Position numbers and translations under genes: made by a program
Shown: piece by piece, positions 36,628 to 51,710 of the stretch
How the letters are laid out: each line of letters opens with the position of its first letter
Position numbering within the stretch: the stretch's first letter is position 1
NCBI RefSeq assembly: GCF_009914755.1
Contig: NC_060933.1
Length of the DNA stretch: 64,000 nucleotides
Direction: 5' to 3' (one strand)
DNA from: the human T2T-CHM13v2.0 reference genome, Homo sapiens
Notes under the pieces: generated by a model
The model's input: the letters and a program-made list of their open reading frames with translations, nothing else
Told to the model about the DNA's origin: nothing
The model's database searches: none

Positions 36628-38907
36628 AAATAGTGCCTTTGTTTTCACTTCTAAATAAGCCTCCAGGGAAGTACAGCCAGACGCATTTATCATGACATGT
36701 AAATCAGCAATATTAAAATTGGTGTTGTTGTTACCAATTAAAATTGGTGGTGCTGTTACCACTTGAAGTATTAGAAGAGCGGGGTTCAGCTGGGGTCCCT
36801 GCTGGTGCCAGTATGGTTCTGCTTTAACAGATGAAGATGTTAATAATTAACTTCATCAATGAGTACACATTCATGCAGCATTGGTCCTTCATTCTAAATG
36901 CATTTGGCTAATGTTGATTATGAGGCTGAATGTTCTTAGACAAATGCTTTTGCTTTGGTATATGATGAGTTAAACAGGATTAAAACTGTCTGCTTGTCTC
37001 TTATAAAAGGTAGCTTTCTACGTTATTTAAATATAATTTGTTCATGTGGTAACATAATGCTAGATGAACAACTAGGTTTCATTTCTGGGCTTTATTACTT
37101 CCAAAGTATAAGACTCTTGTCTAATCCTTGTAGCTTCTCCAATGCTCTGACTCCTCATTTATATAATTGAGTTGCTATCACTCATACTGGCTCACTAATA
37201 GTGGAGATAATACCTACCTGTGTTGAAGTCAGGATAAAGCGAGTTTATGAAGAATACATCCTGTTAGGCCCCTTCCTTTTTCGGTTTGTAAAGTATTATA
37301 AAATATAAAGGAACACTATTTTGAAATAATTTTTAACACTATATTAAGGCAGGACATATTGGACTAAAAGGTCTACTGTTGACAATCTATTAAAAAAAAA
37401 AAAGCAGAAGCAGCGACTCCTGTGTCCTTTGCCTCTTGAGTAGTTTGTGGATTACAAACAATGTACTGATTAGATCTTATGGATGTACTGGTTCTACTTC
37501 TAAACATTCTGGCTTTTCTTTTGCTTTCTACTGAAGAAAAGGAAATAGTTGAGATCTAGACATAATATAGGTTCTGATCTTCCAAAGCTCTCTATTTTAC
37601 TTGGCTTCCTTCTTGACTCTGAAGTTAAATATAAGTTTCAAGATCTCACTCTTCATCTTATTGAATTATTTTGTAAACAATACAATCAAGTTTAGGAGGT
37701 TCATCTACACTTGTCTGTCTAAACATTCAAACCGCTCCATGGTGCCAGCATTTTTTCTTATAGACTTCTCTATAATGCCAAGGGCTCTTGGTCATCCTAG
37801 CAAAATGTCATTCATTGCTTTGTAGAAGACAACCTGAGTCTGTGCTTTGGTTGTTTGTTCTGGGCTTGGATTCCTGACACTGAAAAGGTTTAACACATAC
37901 CATCGGTGGCAGTCAATTGGAAGACAGACAAACACAAAGCCATTCTCAAGGATTCTTCCTTTATTTCTGAAATACCTTTTGACTAGTGGAAAGGGGGTTG
38001 ATCCTTTCCTTTTGTTTCTTTTAGTATGCTCACAGTGATGTAGAAAAGGAAAGAGAGACCATTGCCTCCAGAGGGTTTTTTTCTTTTCTCTCTCTTTTCT
38101 TCCACATGAAAGACTTCATTGTTCTACCTCAAATTTACTGCAAGCCCTGGGGAAAGTTGCAAAAGATCAAGAAAGAGAGAATGATTACTGGGGCACTTGG
38201 CAGAGTGGCAGGCTCTTGCTACACAGAAATACAATGATCTGTGAAAGTGGATCCCTGTTATATTTTAACAGTCTAATGGGGCTTGCTTTATCATTAGTGC
38301 CATTAGGACTGCTTGTACTGATTTAATCAGGAATGAAGGCTTTAAGCTGACTTTATATACCCACAATGCAACAGTTAGTTGGCAGCTGTGATTAGATTTA
38401 ATTAGTCTAAGTGGAAAATGCGGCACTTTTTTCACCTCTTTTCCTACCCGATCTCCTACCTACAGTTTTATTTCTGGAACTTTTTCTCAAAGAATTGTTT
38501 TTGCTCCCCACTCCCCTTCCTCATTTCTTAGTTCTGGGGAATAAAGATGCAAATAAACACGTGAAGTCAAATGAGACTATGCACTTGGATACTCAGTATT
38601 GGTTCTTGCATTTTTTTTTGTTTTGATTTTTTTTCTTGGTTTTTGTTTTTGTATTCCTAAAGCACATGTAATCTGTGGTGCCTTTGTGGAGTTGTATGTT
38701 GACAATATTTCCCAAGTTAGGAATTTCAACATATGAGATTGTGACTATAAATCTGCAAAGAGGCTTAGGAGAAAAAAGGTATGATAGAGCCAGGGCTGCT
38801 GGTGGTAGTGGTGGTGGTGGTGGTTGTGTAGTGACCAGGAAAAGCTATTAGTTAATTAATTTGTTAGCATGCTATTATGAAGAACAGTGAATTATTAATT
38901 TGAGTAA

Positions 38908-39214
<307 letters not shown>

Positions 39215-39747
39215 TGCATTGTCTTAAGACTCTGTAATTACACACATGATAAACATCCAAATTGAATGGTAAAAATCTAGAGCTGTTTTGTGGGGATTTG
39301 ACATGACTCTCATTTACTGGTGAGAGGCTGTGCTGGATTCATAGATTTGGGAACCCCTAGCAAGTGCTAGCAAAAATTCTGAGAGGGAATGAAGTCATGT
39401 AGAATAGGTGATGAGGAAGAACAATGGGTCAGGTCTGGAACTCTGTGGGATCCCAATATTTAATGATAAAATGAAGGAAAAGTATATGTGAGGAAACAAA
39501 ATCAAAAAGGTTTGAAAATAAACCAATGGAATATATGGAAGTTTTGGAGTAAATATTTAAAAGTTCACGTAGACCAATTACCCAAGTGATTCCCCAAGGC
39601 AGTACCAGTCTGATCCTTCTGGGGTGGGGTGAAGATTTCCAGCAAGAAGGGAGCAGTGATGCTCCTCCTCAGGGGATGTTAAGCACCCACCACTCCTCTT
39701 TGGTGGAAGTAATCATGACATGTAGGGCTTAAAAGTAGTTCATTATT

Positions 39748-40085
<338 letters not shown>

Positions 40086-41199
40086 TTAATACTGGTACAC
40101 ATTACTGATGCCAAATTAATTTTTTAGTAGATATGTTTCCAGTAGAAAGAAAATAGATAAGAAAAATAAACCAATAGGAGAATATGGAATCTGGTTCTAA
40201 TTCTCCAGTTCCATTTTTAGACTTTTATTACATTATATTTTGACCCATTTTTATAAATATACACGAGTACACACCACACAAGCCTTGTACTTTTTGCAAA
40301 GTAAATATTACAATTTCTGATCTATTTCTATGGCAGATATTTTTGATGGTGTTACATGAGAATAGAGTAGTTACCAATGACCTTAGCCATCTTGGCAAAA
40401 TATCTGGAAAAGTCAGCTGCAAGTTTGGTTTCTTGTTTATTTTTTCAGTCTTTATAGTATTTCAGTCATTTTTTTTTCTCTCAAGCTATTTTCTAGTTTC
40501 TGACCAATGCCCAAATGTGAGTCCCTGTGAATTCAATGGGCCATGTTTATAGAAAAATATTAGTTCTAAGTTTTCATTTTTCGGAAGAGACTTATATAAA
40601 ATTGACATTGAAATGAAAAACAAACTAGTCTTTTTTTTTGTATGAAAACTTCAAAGTAAAACATTTCTAATTTTTTTATTTAGGTAATAAAAACGTTAGT
40701 CTCAGATAAGAGAAATTCTTTGCACTGCACTTGAAAACAGGTGAGGGAAAAGAGAAAATTAGGTCCTTCAAGGCACTTTATCCAATAGTGGCAGAATGGA
40801 ATTCGCCAGTATAGGACGGAACATTGAACAGAGAGCATGAAATCTGTTCCTTTCCTTACTAATGAAGTAATCTTGGGAAGATATTCTAACTCTAGAGGGC
40901 TGCATTTTCTCATTTGTTAAATGATTGGGTTATACTAGCTACTTTTGTTATTGTTCACTCCAGTTCCTATGTCGTACAATTCCAGATAAGATTCATTACT
41001 TGGCATCCAATAATCTATACCATAGGTGCTCAGTTAATCAACATCCATTTAACCAATCCACTAGAGTAATCCATGCTCTCCATTGTCTCTGTAAAACTTG
41101 GACAATGCTTTTTGCAGAAAGCTAGCAGCCAGATGATTATTCTAGTACATTCATCCATTCCTTCCCCTATTGGTTGAGTTTTATGTTTACCAAGAGTCA

Positions 41200-41712
41200 G
41201 CTGAGTTTGTTCCCAGATCTGTTTATCTCAGTTATATTTATTATTGAAATTACATCATTTGTTAAATAGTGTAAAAGCCAAAGTAATATAAGTGTGAGAA
41301 AAAAAAAAGAGCTGTTTCTATGAGAAACTAATGCTTGGGATGAGTCTATAAGCATGTAATATAATCAGGTGTGAAGAAGACATCATAAAAAGCTAGAAAA
41401 TACTGATAAATATCTAGAGAAGTCTATTTTTATATTTCTTCACAGCTGACCTTATTTTCTTATTCCACTTTAAAGAAACTGAAACTGGAGATCAAAGATG
41501 ACGCTTTTATGCGAGAAAGCAATAGAACTCCAATCAAACTGTAAGAAAATGTTCTACAACAAAAGATTGATGAATGAATGCAGAGAGAAATAATTGATGC
41601 CAAAATATACTATTCAGCTATACTTGTATAATTTCTTAACTTTTCTCACTTTAACTTTTTTTTTGGATTAACCAACTAACTACCAATCCTGACTGTATTT
41701 GATTACAGGGAA
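41200..41712 (+). mobile_element. Tigger-type (Tigger13-like) TcMar DNA transposon remnant
   Basis: gtgtgagaaaaa...gagctgtttctatgagaaacta...ccactttaaagaaactgaaactggagatc resembles a degraded Tigger transposase 5' end. Confidence 0.55.
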
Positions 41713-42595
41713 TTTAATTTGTCATATTGAAGTCAGGGCCAGGCTAACATTTCCTTTGTTCTCTTAATACAGTTTTAACAGGATAAACTATACTAATGAA
41801 GAGTGTGGAAAACAGTTTTTTAAAACCAGGCATTTGAGGTATAAACATTTCAAAGCTGATTGCGTATTATAGGGTAGTAGTATCATTTTCTGGGTTTGAA
41901 TTTTGCCTTCTGTTCTTACAAATTACTTTGTATCTTCAAGATATGGTTTCTAGCATTGAGACATTACCATAATAATACTAGCTCTCTGAGTTAAGAGGAT
42001 TAACTGTTAATATACATAAAGTACAGCACCTGGCATATTGTAGAAACTAAAAATATGATATGATACTTATTCTTATCTCTTAAAGTAGGTTTCAAGTGCT
42101 TCTATTTTCCAACTAATTTTTAATATAGTGATGGGCTCTGGAATTTGCTGGATGAAAAAGAGTGAACTTTGTGCACCTTTTGAGGGTAGCTAATGCAAAC
42201 TTGAGAGAACAACAGGATGGCTGGGACCATGTAATTAGATTTCATGGTGGCCAGAGGTCAAAACTGAGCAGCAAGCAGAACCTTCAGTTAAGGGTCAGCA
42301 ATCAAGCACAGGCAGAGATCAGTATTTTCAGTGGAGCTCCCAAGTGCCCCTATGTATAAAGCACTGTTGCTGAGGTCAATAAGCTATGCAGCCTGATTAC
42401 CGCAGGCATGATCTACACTTGTTCTTCTATAGCTTACTGTCCACACAGCAGCAAGATTGAGCTAATTAAAGCCTAAAGTAGCCATGTCACTCCTGTACTC
42501 AAAACCATATAAAGTCTTCTCATTTCACTCAGAGTAAAAGCCAAAGTTCTTACAGTGAATGGCCTGTAAGGCCCTACAATGATCTGGGGCCCTGA

Positions 42596-42955
<360 letters not shown>

Positions 42956-42983
42956 TTCTTAATATTCTTTAAAAATAAGTCCT

Positions 42984-43287
42984 GGCTCACGCCTGTAATC
43001 CCAGCACTCTAGGAGGCTGAGGCGGCAGATCACCTGAGGTCAGGTGTTCGAGACCAGCCTGGCTAACACAGTGAAACCCCATCTCTACTAAAAATACAAA
43101 AATTAGCCAAATATGGTGGCACAAGCCTGTAATCTCAGCTACTTGGGAGGCTGAGACAGGAGAATCACTTGAACCCAGGAGGTGGAGGTTGCAGTGAGCC
43201 TAGATCGCACCACTGCACTCCAGCCTGGATGACAGTGAGACTGTATATAGCTCTCTTTATGTAAAAATAATAAGAATAAGAATAAGT
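42984..43287 (+). mobile_element. AluS, slightly 5'-truncated, with an atypical tail
   Basis: Alu body; TSD ataagtcctg. Confidence 0.93.
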
Positions 43288-44811
43288 ATAAGTCCTGCAC
43301 TCTCTGGTCCTGTGACCTTGGTTGTTCCTTTTGCCGGGAAGTCTCCGTTGCCCACAGCTGCTTGCCTGGCTTCTGCTCCCTCACCCTCTCAGGTCTTTGC
43401 TAAAATCTCACTTTCCCACGGAGGGCTGCCTTGACCACGACTTACACTCCCACATTCTCCTATACTCTGCTCCTTTTTCTTTTTATATTATATAGCTTAT
43501 TTATTCATTGTGTTTATTTTTTCTTATCTGCCTTTCTTTGTAATTTCTTTGAGGGCAGGGATCTTTATCTATTTTGTTCACTTATGCATCCCAAGTGCTT
43601 AGAACAGTATTTGGCACGTCATTAAATATTGATTTAATGAACGAATGAACAAGTGAATGCATTTCAGGCCTGGCCTGAAAACAGTTCAAGATATTCTTTG
43701 CCAGGGGCTAAGCAAAACCATCAATCTCTGGGGATTTATTGAGAAGAGCAATGATCTTGTTAGACTGAAATGGCTCTTTGACTTCAATCACAGTTTGAAA
43801 ATCTCCCTTTTCCCTAAGTCCCATTACTTTCTCAATTTTATAGCCTCAGATTCAGGTTTACTCAGGCAAAGAGAATCAGAGAACTGTGGATAAGGCCCAG
43901 ATGATCCAGATAATAAACATATCTTTGCTTCAATTTTGTGACATATGGGCAAATAGCTATTAAGGAGTTTTCCCCCTTTCCTTCATTACTTGTCTCTAGT
44001 TTGGTTTAATGATTACCTAATGATTCAGCAGTTTATGACCTTTCATTTTAACTCTTGTAGTTTCTGACCCTCTTATAGTGCATTCATTTTTGGTATTGAA
44101 GATTTATTAATTTCCTTCCTTCCCCTTTTTACCTAATTGCAATTTAAATGATTCCCATTTTCATAGGACGGAATATATAGTTCTCTTTATGTATAACATA
44201 ATAATTATACAATAATATTAATTATAAAATCATTTAGATCTAATGAGCATGTACTATCTGCCAAGTTCTGATTTAGGAGCTTCAGACATATTTTCATCAA
44301 TCTTCAGTTCTGCCTTACAGAGATTTTGAACTCAGGAAATTTACTTTGTTCTTTTCAGCAAGTATGTGTTCTATTGGCTGGCCCCACCAGAATCCCCAGA
44401 AGTGTTTGGTGACAGATCCCTGAATCCCAATCCCAGAAAACCTACAAACAATCAGCATTTTAACTTACTTCCAAAGTAAAGCCTATAGGCACTCAAGTTT
44501 GAGAAACACTGGATAAGAATTGAGGTAGACTATATCTTAGAACACACCGACAAGGGAATGATACAATGTGCCAGTAGCACATTGTAGTCATTAGTAGGTA
44601 GCTTTTTACCTATTACAGTTGAAGTTAACTCTCTTTCTGAAAGCCATATTCTGCTTCTCCTGCCCCTGTAGTATTTGACATACATGTTATCACCTACAAA
44701 AACAAACAAGATTCATCCTGAAGTTTCCAGCCAGAAGATATTGGTCAAGGAGACTTTTGTTCTTTCACAGGCCACGTTATGTCTTTAAGTTATTCCTTTG
44801 ACTCTATGTCA

Positions 44812-45157
<346 letters not shown>

Positions 45158-45360
45158 TCAGTGCATCTGGGGACAGAAGGTAAAGTGAGTATCTGAAAAA
45201 GTAAAGTATAAAAATATGCATCAGGAAACGGACTAGCTTTTCTGAATTTTCTTACTTATTCAAGTAAAAGAAAACAGTATGACTCAAGAGTCAGATAAGT
45301 AAAATTCCATAGACCCATATCACCATAGTCAAATCAGATAGGGGAAGTAAACCAATTGTC

Positions 45361-45460
45361 TAGACGAGGAATTGGCAAACTCTGGGTCACAAGTCAAATC
45401 CTTCTGACTACCTATTTTCATAAATAAAGTTTTATTGAAACACAGCCATGCACATTACCT
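45361..45460 (+). mobile_element. MER58-like hAT fragment
   Basis: ttggcaaactctgggtcacaagtcaaatcc...aaataaagttttattgaaacacagccatg. Confidence 0.7.
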
Positions 45461-46542
45461 ATGGAATGAATGAATGATGATATTTCTTGGTTGGACTCTC
45501 CACAGAAGAAATTAATTCAGAATCCAAAATCATGGGAAATGTTAAGCAATTGTTAACCTGTAACTCCACCCCCAGAACTAATCCATGGGCCATAAAACAC
45601 GCATTCACCTACTCTGCAGGGAGAAAGAAGACAGGCTTTTTATGCAGAGACATTCAAGTGGAGGACATGCTCACCAGGGTGTGAAGAAGACCATTCGTTG
45701 ATGTGTGGAGAAAGATATTATAATTTATGGTTTTACATTAATATGTAGAGAGAAGAAATTAAGCTTTACTAATATTTAATACACAGATTGGCAGTAGTCT
45801 GTGAATCCAACCCCAAAGAATTGGCTATAGAGTTCTCTTTTGCTTGATTTCATTGTGTTAACACATACTGAAGTTTGCATATACCTGGCTAAGTGGATTT
45901 AGGGATTTCATTACTGACTTCACAAAATAGACAAATAGATATAAAAGATTCCTGCAAAAGTGTCTAAGATTGAAGATAATAATTAATGCACTGCTTGATA
46001 ATGGAAAAAAGTGGCAGAGTTGAAAGTTCCCTTAATCCTATGGAACTAGTTATTCAGCAGCCAAAGAAGAGGTAAAAGATGAATTTATACATTCTAATGA
46101 ATTTTGAAATGATCAAGAGAATTATGAAATATGGATTTACTACCTCTATCATTGTAGGCCTCACCCTAGTTGAATACTGTGTCAACTTTAAACAAAAACT
46201 TTTGCATAATTGGAGGATTACATTAAAAAATAAGTACCATGATTTAGTAGGCAAGATAATGAGGTCTTTTTTTTTTTATCACATCCTTGTATCATTAGGA
46301 ATTAACTTTTTTGTTATGACAATCATTAAGATTAAATCCAGAAATAATAAACATAATGCCAGACTGAATCACAAAGATTTTAAAACATAATTAAGTATAT
46401 TAAATCACACTGTTTACACATTTTAGTAGTCTTAATGATTTTTAAAAGTGAAAACAGAAAGATGTCTTTGTAAATTAATAAGATAGAAGTAAAACAAACC
46501 ACTGGGTTATCTTGATTTCATCCTTTAAAAATGTCTATTTTG

Positions 46543-46805
46543 GAACAGAAAACCAAATATCACATGTTCTCACTTATAAATGGGAGCTAAATGATAAAAA
46601 CCTATGAACACAAAGAAGGAAACAACAGACACTGGGGTGTACTTGAGAGGGAGGGTGGGAGGAAGGAGAGGAGCAGAAACGACAACTACTGGGTACTGGA
46701 CTTAATATCTGGGTCATGAAATAATGCGTACAATAAACCCCCATGACATGTGTTTATATAAGTAACAAGCCTTTATATGTATCCTCAAACCTGAAATAAA
46801 AATTT
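46543..46805 (+). mobile_element. L1PA15/16-type 3' end
   Basis: cacatgttctcacttataaatgggagctaaatga...aacaacagacactgggg...aaacctgaaataaaa. Confidence 0.85.
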
Positions 46806-49800
46806 AAAAATTGTCTCTTTGTATATTTTTATCTATATTATATGCTAGTATAATAGTACATGCATATACTATCATATAATACTACACACATGTATATACT
46901 ATGTATAGTACATGTGTGTGCATATATATATACACACACACACACACAAATTGAAAGTGTATGCTTAAATTTTGTTTTACTTATAGGTGGATAGGTCAAA
47001 AAATTTAGAAGCCACTGATTTAGACGATGATGTATGGATGCAACCTTCCTACTGGGATATCTTGGATTTATTGCTGCCTGACCTTTCCTTTGACTGAACT
47101 CCCCTTGACCTGCTGAAGGCCTGGGCAGAGTGACACAAATCACCATTACTCCTCTACATGCACTTCTGTAGCCATGCGTATTTCATATTGGCACATGCTT
47201 GCTTGTATATTTACATTTTCCACATTCATATTGTTTATCCTTATTTCTGGCTATTTAAATACTAGAGCTATTACTGATTAAATTTGCTTTGTGCAGTACC
47301 TTCCATAGCCATCTAGCTAACTAACACCCTTGCTACTGTCTATTTGCTTTTGTTCTGGGGAAATCATTGTATGATTACAGATTTCACAGATGCTGGGTAT
47401 GTTTGGGGATGGCACAGTTTTCCTGGTGTCAAGGGAGGACTGACTTTAATGATATTGACTTTGTTTACTTTATGTCAGGGCAAGAAGTGAATTCTTTTAA
47501 GAAAAAATTCTATTCTGCCCCAACAATGTAAATGTATTTGGTATTTGTTGAGCTGCAAAGAGGCAACTTTCATACTACAAGTTTTGCTAAATCAGATGCC
47601 TCCTCTATGTCTTTTCTGGCCAAAAGAGATACGTAATTTCACATCTCAAAGGTCACATCTCTTCAAGATTTTTCCTGTCTGGGAACAACCATAGTCTCTA
47701 ACAGTACCACTGGCATTGGCGAAAGCTCTCTTCAATTCTTCTTCATTACGTCATAGGATTTCTTCATTAGATCAAGTTCATATCTGATTCTAGCAGTTCT
47801 CTTTTTTCTCCGTCAATTTCAGCATACTGCAGAAGTTATGCCTTTTGTATTTGTCCATCGAGAAAACCTCAGAGGTTGATGTCTGCTACTAGACCGGCCA
47901 GAAAGTCTGGTCTCTCACTAGCTTCCTCCTTGCATTCAGGAAGCCAATCTCAAGTGCAAACCTCACAGCTTATCCGGAGTTCGGCAGATGTCAAAATGCT
48001 TCCATTCCCTCCCAGTCCAACCCTTATCCCCAGCAGCAATCTGGTGCCAGTTTTAATTAAAATTCATGAAAACAGACTGGCACTTCAGACACGGATGGAA
48101 ACAATTTGTAGGGGAGGCAAAAAATAGCAGGGGTATACTTCTCATGTTTACTCTCTATCGTCCTGTAAGGATTTCATTTTTGAGTGAAAGCAGTTTGAAT
48201 TGGACATATGCTCAGTTTGAATAATTTAGGGAGGAATTCACAATAACTGCCTCTGATGTGGACTGAGCTCTGTTCTCATGACTAAAGAGGTTTATTTCTT
48301 CTTTAAGAAAAAGTTTAATTATGGCAACTTCATATTGAAAATTAATAGCTTGGGGGAATTTAGAAGGAAAAAATAGAGGAAAATTAACTTTTTGAGATGT
48401 ACAAGACTTGGAACAGTTTTATAAATGAGAAATCATTAACTGGTATTGTAGTAAAGTGTTTTTGCATAAGGATGAAGAAGACATGAGTCTTAAATGTGTG
48501 TAACTAGTATAACATGTGTACGACACTCATACTAGCCAGTAAATCCCAGACAGGAAAAAGCAGCTACACACCCACATTTTCTATTTATATTTCCTTTACC
48601 TAAAGCAGTCATTTGTTTATACTTACAATGTGCCAGGCATGTATTGGGCCTTTTAGGTGAATCATCTTAGCAGTTCTTAATATATTTTTTCACTGTTAGG
48701 AGTATGCTACATTCTCATTAGAAGTAGCAGCTCCTAAACAGTGGTGTAGTGACCCATCCTTCTTGGTTTGGAGGAAGGAGGTTGGCGGGAAACGTGAGAG
48801 TCTCTGGGTTGGATAATCTAGAATTTAAACCTAAACCTGGCTTCAGAGCCTATGTTCTAAGCCACTATACTCTAATAGCTCCCAGCTTTCTCATCTTTCA
48901 CTGCCCAAAGTATCTACCAGGAATATTCAATGAATATGGGTTGAGTTAAATTGTGACTGTTTAGCAGTCATAATAAAAAAGGGTAGAATGAATGGGTTCC
49001 AGGAATGTGACAGACCTACAAGTATTTCCTATCAGATCCCTTTCTCTACCTACAAATGTTTGATTCTTCTGTTTCGCTCAAGAGACCCATCACTGTGGAT
49101 CTGGCTGGTTAACTCTGTGGGAGGTGGGGGCAGGTACATGAAATTGGGAAGAGATAGAAGAACTAAAGGCGATGAATGGGTTGCTACCTTGAGTAAGAAA
49201 TTCCAGTCCCAGCTGAAACTCTTACCTTAATGTGGCAATTGAAATAAATGGGGTCAAAAGAGTTTTGAAGAGCTAGGAAAGATGAGATTGAGATGGTGCC
49301 TGTCTGAATAAGGGGAAGGGGAATTCACAGATATGCTTCTGGTAGAGACTTGCATTGGCTGGTGGTGTCTTCACTGAAAGAATGGATATGAAAGAAAGAG
49401 TAAACTCTTTCCCATGCAACAGGATTCAAGTCAAATGTTACCTCTTTTAGGAAGCTCCTGCCTGGGTTAGGCCTTCACTATGCTGTATTGCCACAGCTCA
49501 CTGTTAATGTCTTAAATGCAGAATTTAACTGACTTCATTATGTTAAGTACCTACTCCAGGGTAGGTGGGCCCCAGTAGTTTGTCTGTTTCTCTTTATCAG
49601 ATGCTGACTGAATAAATAATTGATGAAAAAAATGCCAACATATTTGTGAAACCCCAATTATGAACATTATGGTTTATATAATAAATATGTGTGCTTAGTG
49701 TGTTAGAAGCCAAAAAAGAAAAACAAGAGGGGGAGAACCAACTATTTAACAAGTAGGAGGTGTTTTGCACTCTGTGATGAACTGCATGGCATATTTCTTA

Positions 49801-51665
49801 CTTTCAGATTAAAATGGAAATGGCTCTAGGCTCTACCTGCAGAATTAAGGAAATTCCATGATCACACTCCTGACCTCCCAACCCCTTCGCCTGGGTTATT
49901 TGGATTCCTAGGGACTTGTGCACCCACACATAGTGTGCCAGGTTCCATTCTCAAGTGACTAAGGGCCCTGGTGAATCCCTGTTCACTGCTGCTTTCACTG
50001 GGATCTGCTGGGGTCACAAATTTTCTATTGTACCTCTGGCCCTGTGGCATCAGGGATTAGCAACATGTCAACTTATACAGTTTGCTGCTGAGTAGCATGG
50101 ACTTTGAAGGAGAGTGGCATAAAAGCATAATACAACTTGCTCTCTGACAGTTCAGAACCCTCTGCACAGCCATGCCCCTCTACTGTCATTCACCAAACCA
50201 AAGCACGTCCAGGTATCTCCCTGTCTCAGAAAGGACAATCACTATTCCTTTTTTGAATTCTAGAATTTCCTCAAGGTCTGGGTTTCTTTCCTTCTTCATC
50301 CTTCTAAAATAGAAATGGTACCCTCTGTTCTTTCTTCCCACAGTGAAACTTAAAGGGCCATTAGAAGGGCTTGGGCTTTAGAAACACAAGACTCGGTCCA
50401 CTGCCCTTTCCTGGGGTTGGGGGTAGAATAGCTTTTATTCCTTTTTAACAAGTTATCCACTCCATGGATAGGAGACTTTTTAATATATAGCAAAAATTCC
50501 AATACAAGTTAAATTATCACCTGCAGGTCACTCTGCTACTCAAAGATGCATAGAATAAGAATTTGTGCTATTGTTAATTGCTCTTTTGCAAAGTGTAGAG
50601 TTTCCTTTCTAGTTATGACCTAAACATAAAGAAAACCTATGTCACAATGTTTAACCTTTATAAATTTTTTTTAGCTCTTCTTAAAAAAAAAGTCCTGGTA
50701 GACAGTCCAGAGAGGAAACATTGCCAAGTTTGCTGCCAAGGGCCTCACAGAGAGAAAACTGAAGAAGCCAAACTCACAGGGCTTTACAGCCTCCTGATAT
50801 CCTGTCACTGCGATGGTTTGGCAGTAATTCCTCAGGATCAGTGTGGAGGGGAGGGAGGTAGAGAAATCTCCCCATAGGGTTATACTTGGCTATGATTGCT
50901 CCTATCATTTTATGCCTGGAACTCAATAAGATTGTTTGTCATATTAACAGGCATAGCTCCTCATCAAAGCATATCCATAGTGCCGGAGAACCTAGGCCAG
51001 CTTATCTCAGTTACACACTGTGTCCAGAACTCTCCTGGGAATTATTTAGGTAATTGTGGCGAGACCAGACTACTGACTCATTGACCCCTCTCTTACGATG
51101 GGTTGGTTCCTCCTTCGGAAGCATATCCTTGGGGCCCTTCCCTGTCCACTGATCTCAGTCGAGACCATTTAAAATGGTGAAACTCATTAGAGTTGGGGGT
51201 TGAGCATTTTATTTTCCTAGAGACTCCTTGGTTTCTAGACAAATGTGTTCATTCCCTACTTAGCATCCTTTGAGTTGAACACACAGAGATGATAGGGGTG
51301 TGGGGTACATTGTCAAGCCACAAACATAACCTGCTCTGTAATAATACCCTCCTACATTGTTATCTTGCTTTGGCACAGTATGATTCAAGTCTTAATCTTA
51401 ACACTAAAATTAAGTGGTTTCACTCTATTAAAGGCATCATCCTCAACTGAAACTCACTAAAGCATATACACGTCACGTGGAACAGCTGAACACAAAGCTC
51501 TTAATCTGAAGTTGACCTATTTAGTAAACCTATAGCTCAGAATTTGACCTCATCACCTCAGAAAATCAGGGATAAAATCTGTCTTTATATTGTTTCAGGT
51601 ACTTGGGTATCAGAGACATTATTTGTTTATCAAGACCTAACAAAACACTTTCTTATTTTTTAAAA

Positions 51666-51669
<4 letters not shown>

Positions 51670-51708
<39 letters not shown>
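51670..51708. repeat. (TG)n microsatellite
   Basis: About 19 perfect units. Confidence 0.97.
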
Positions 51709-51710
<2 letters not shown>

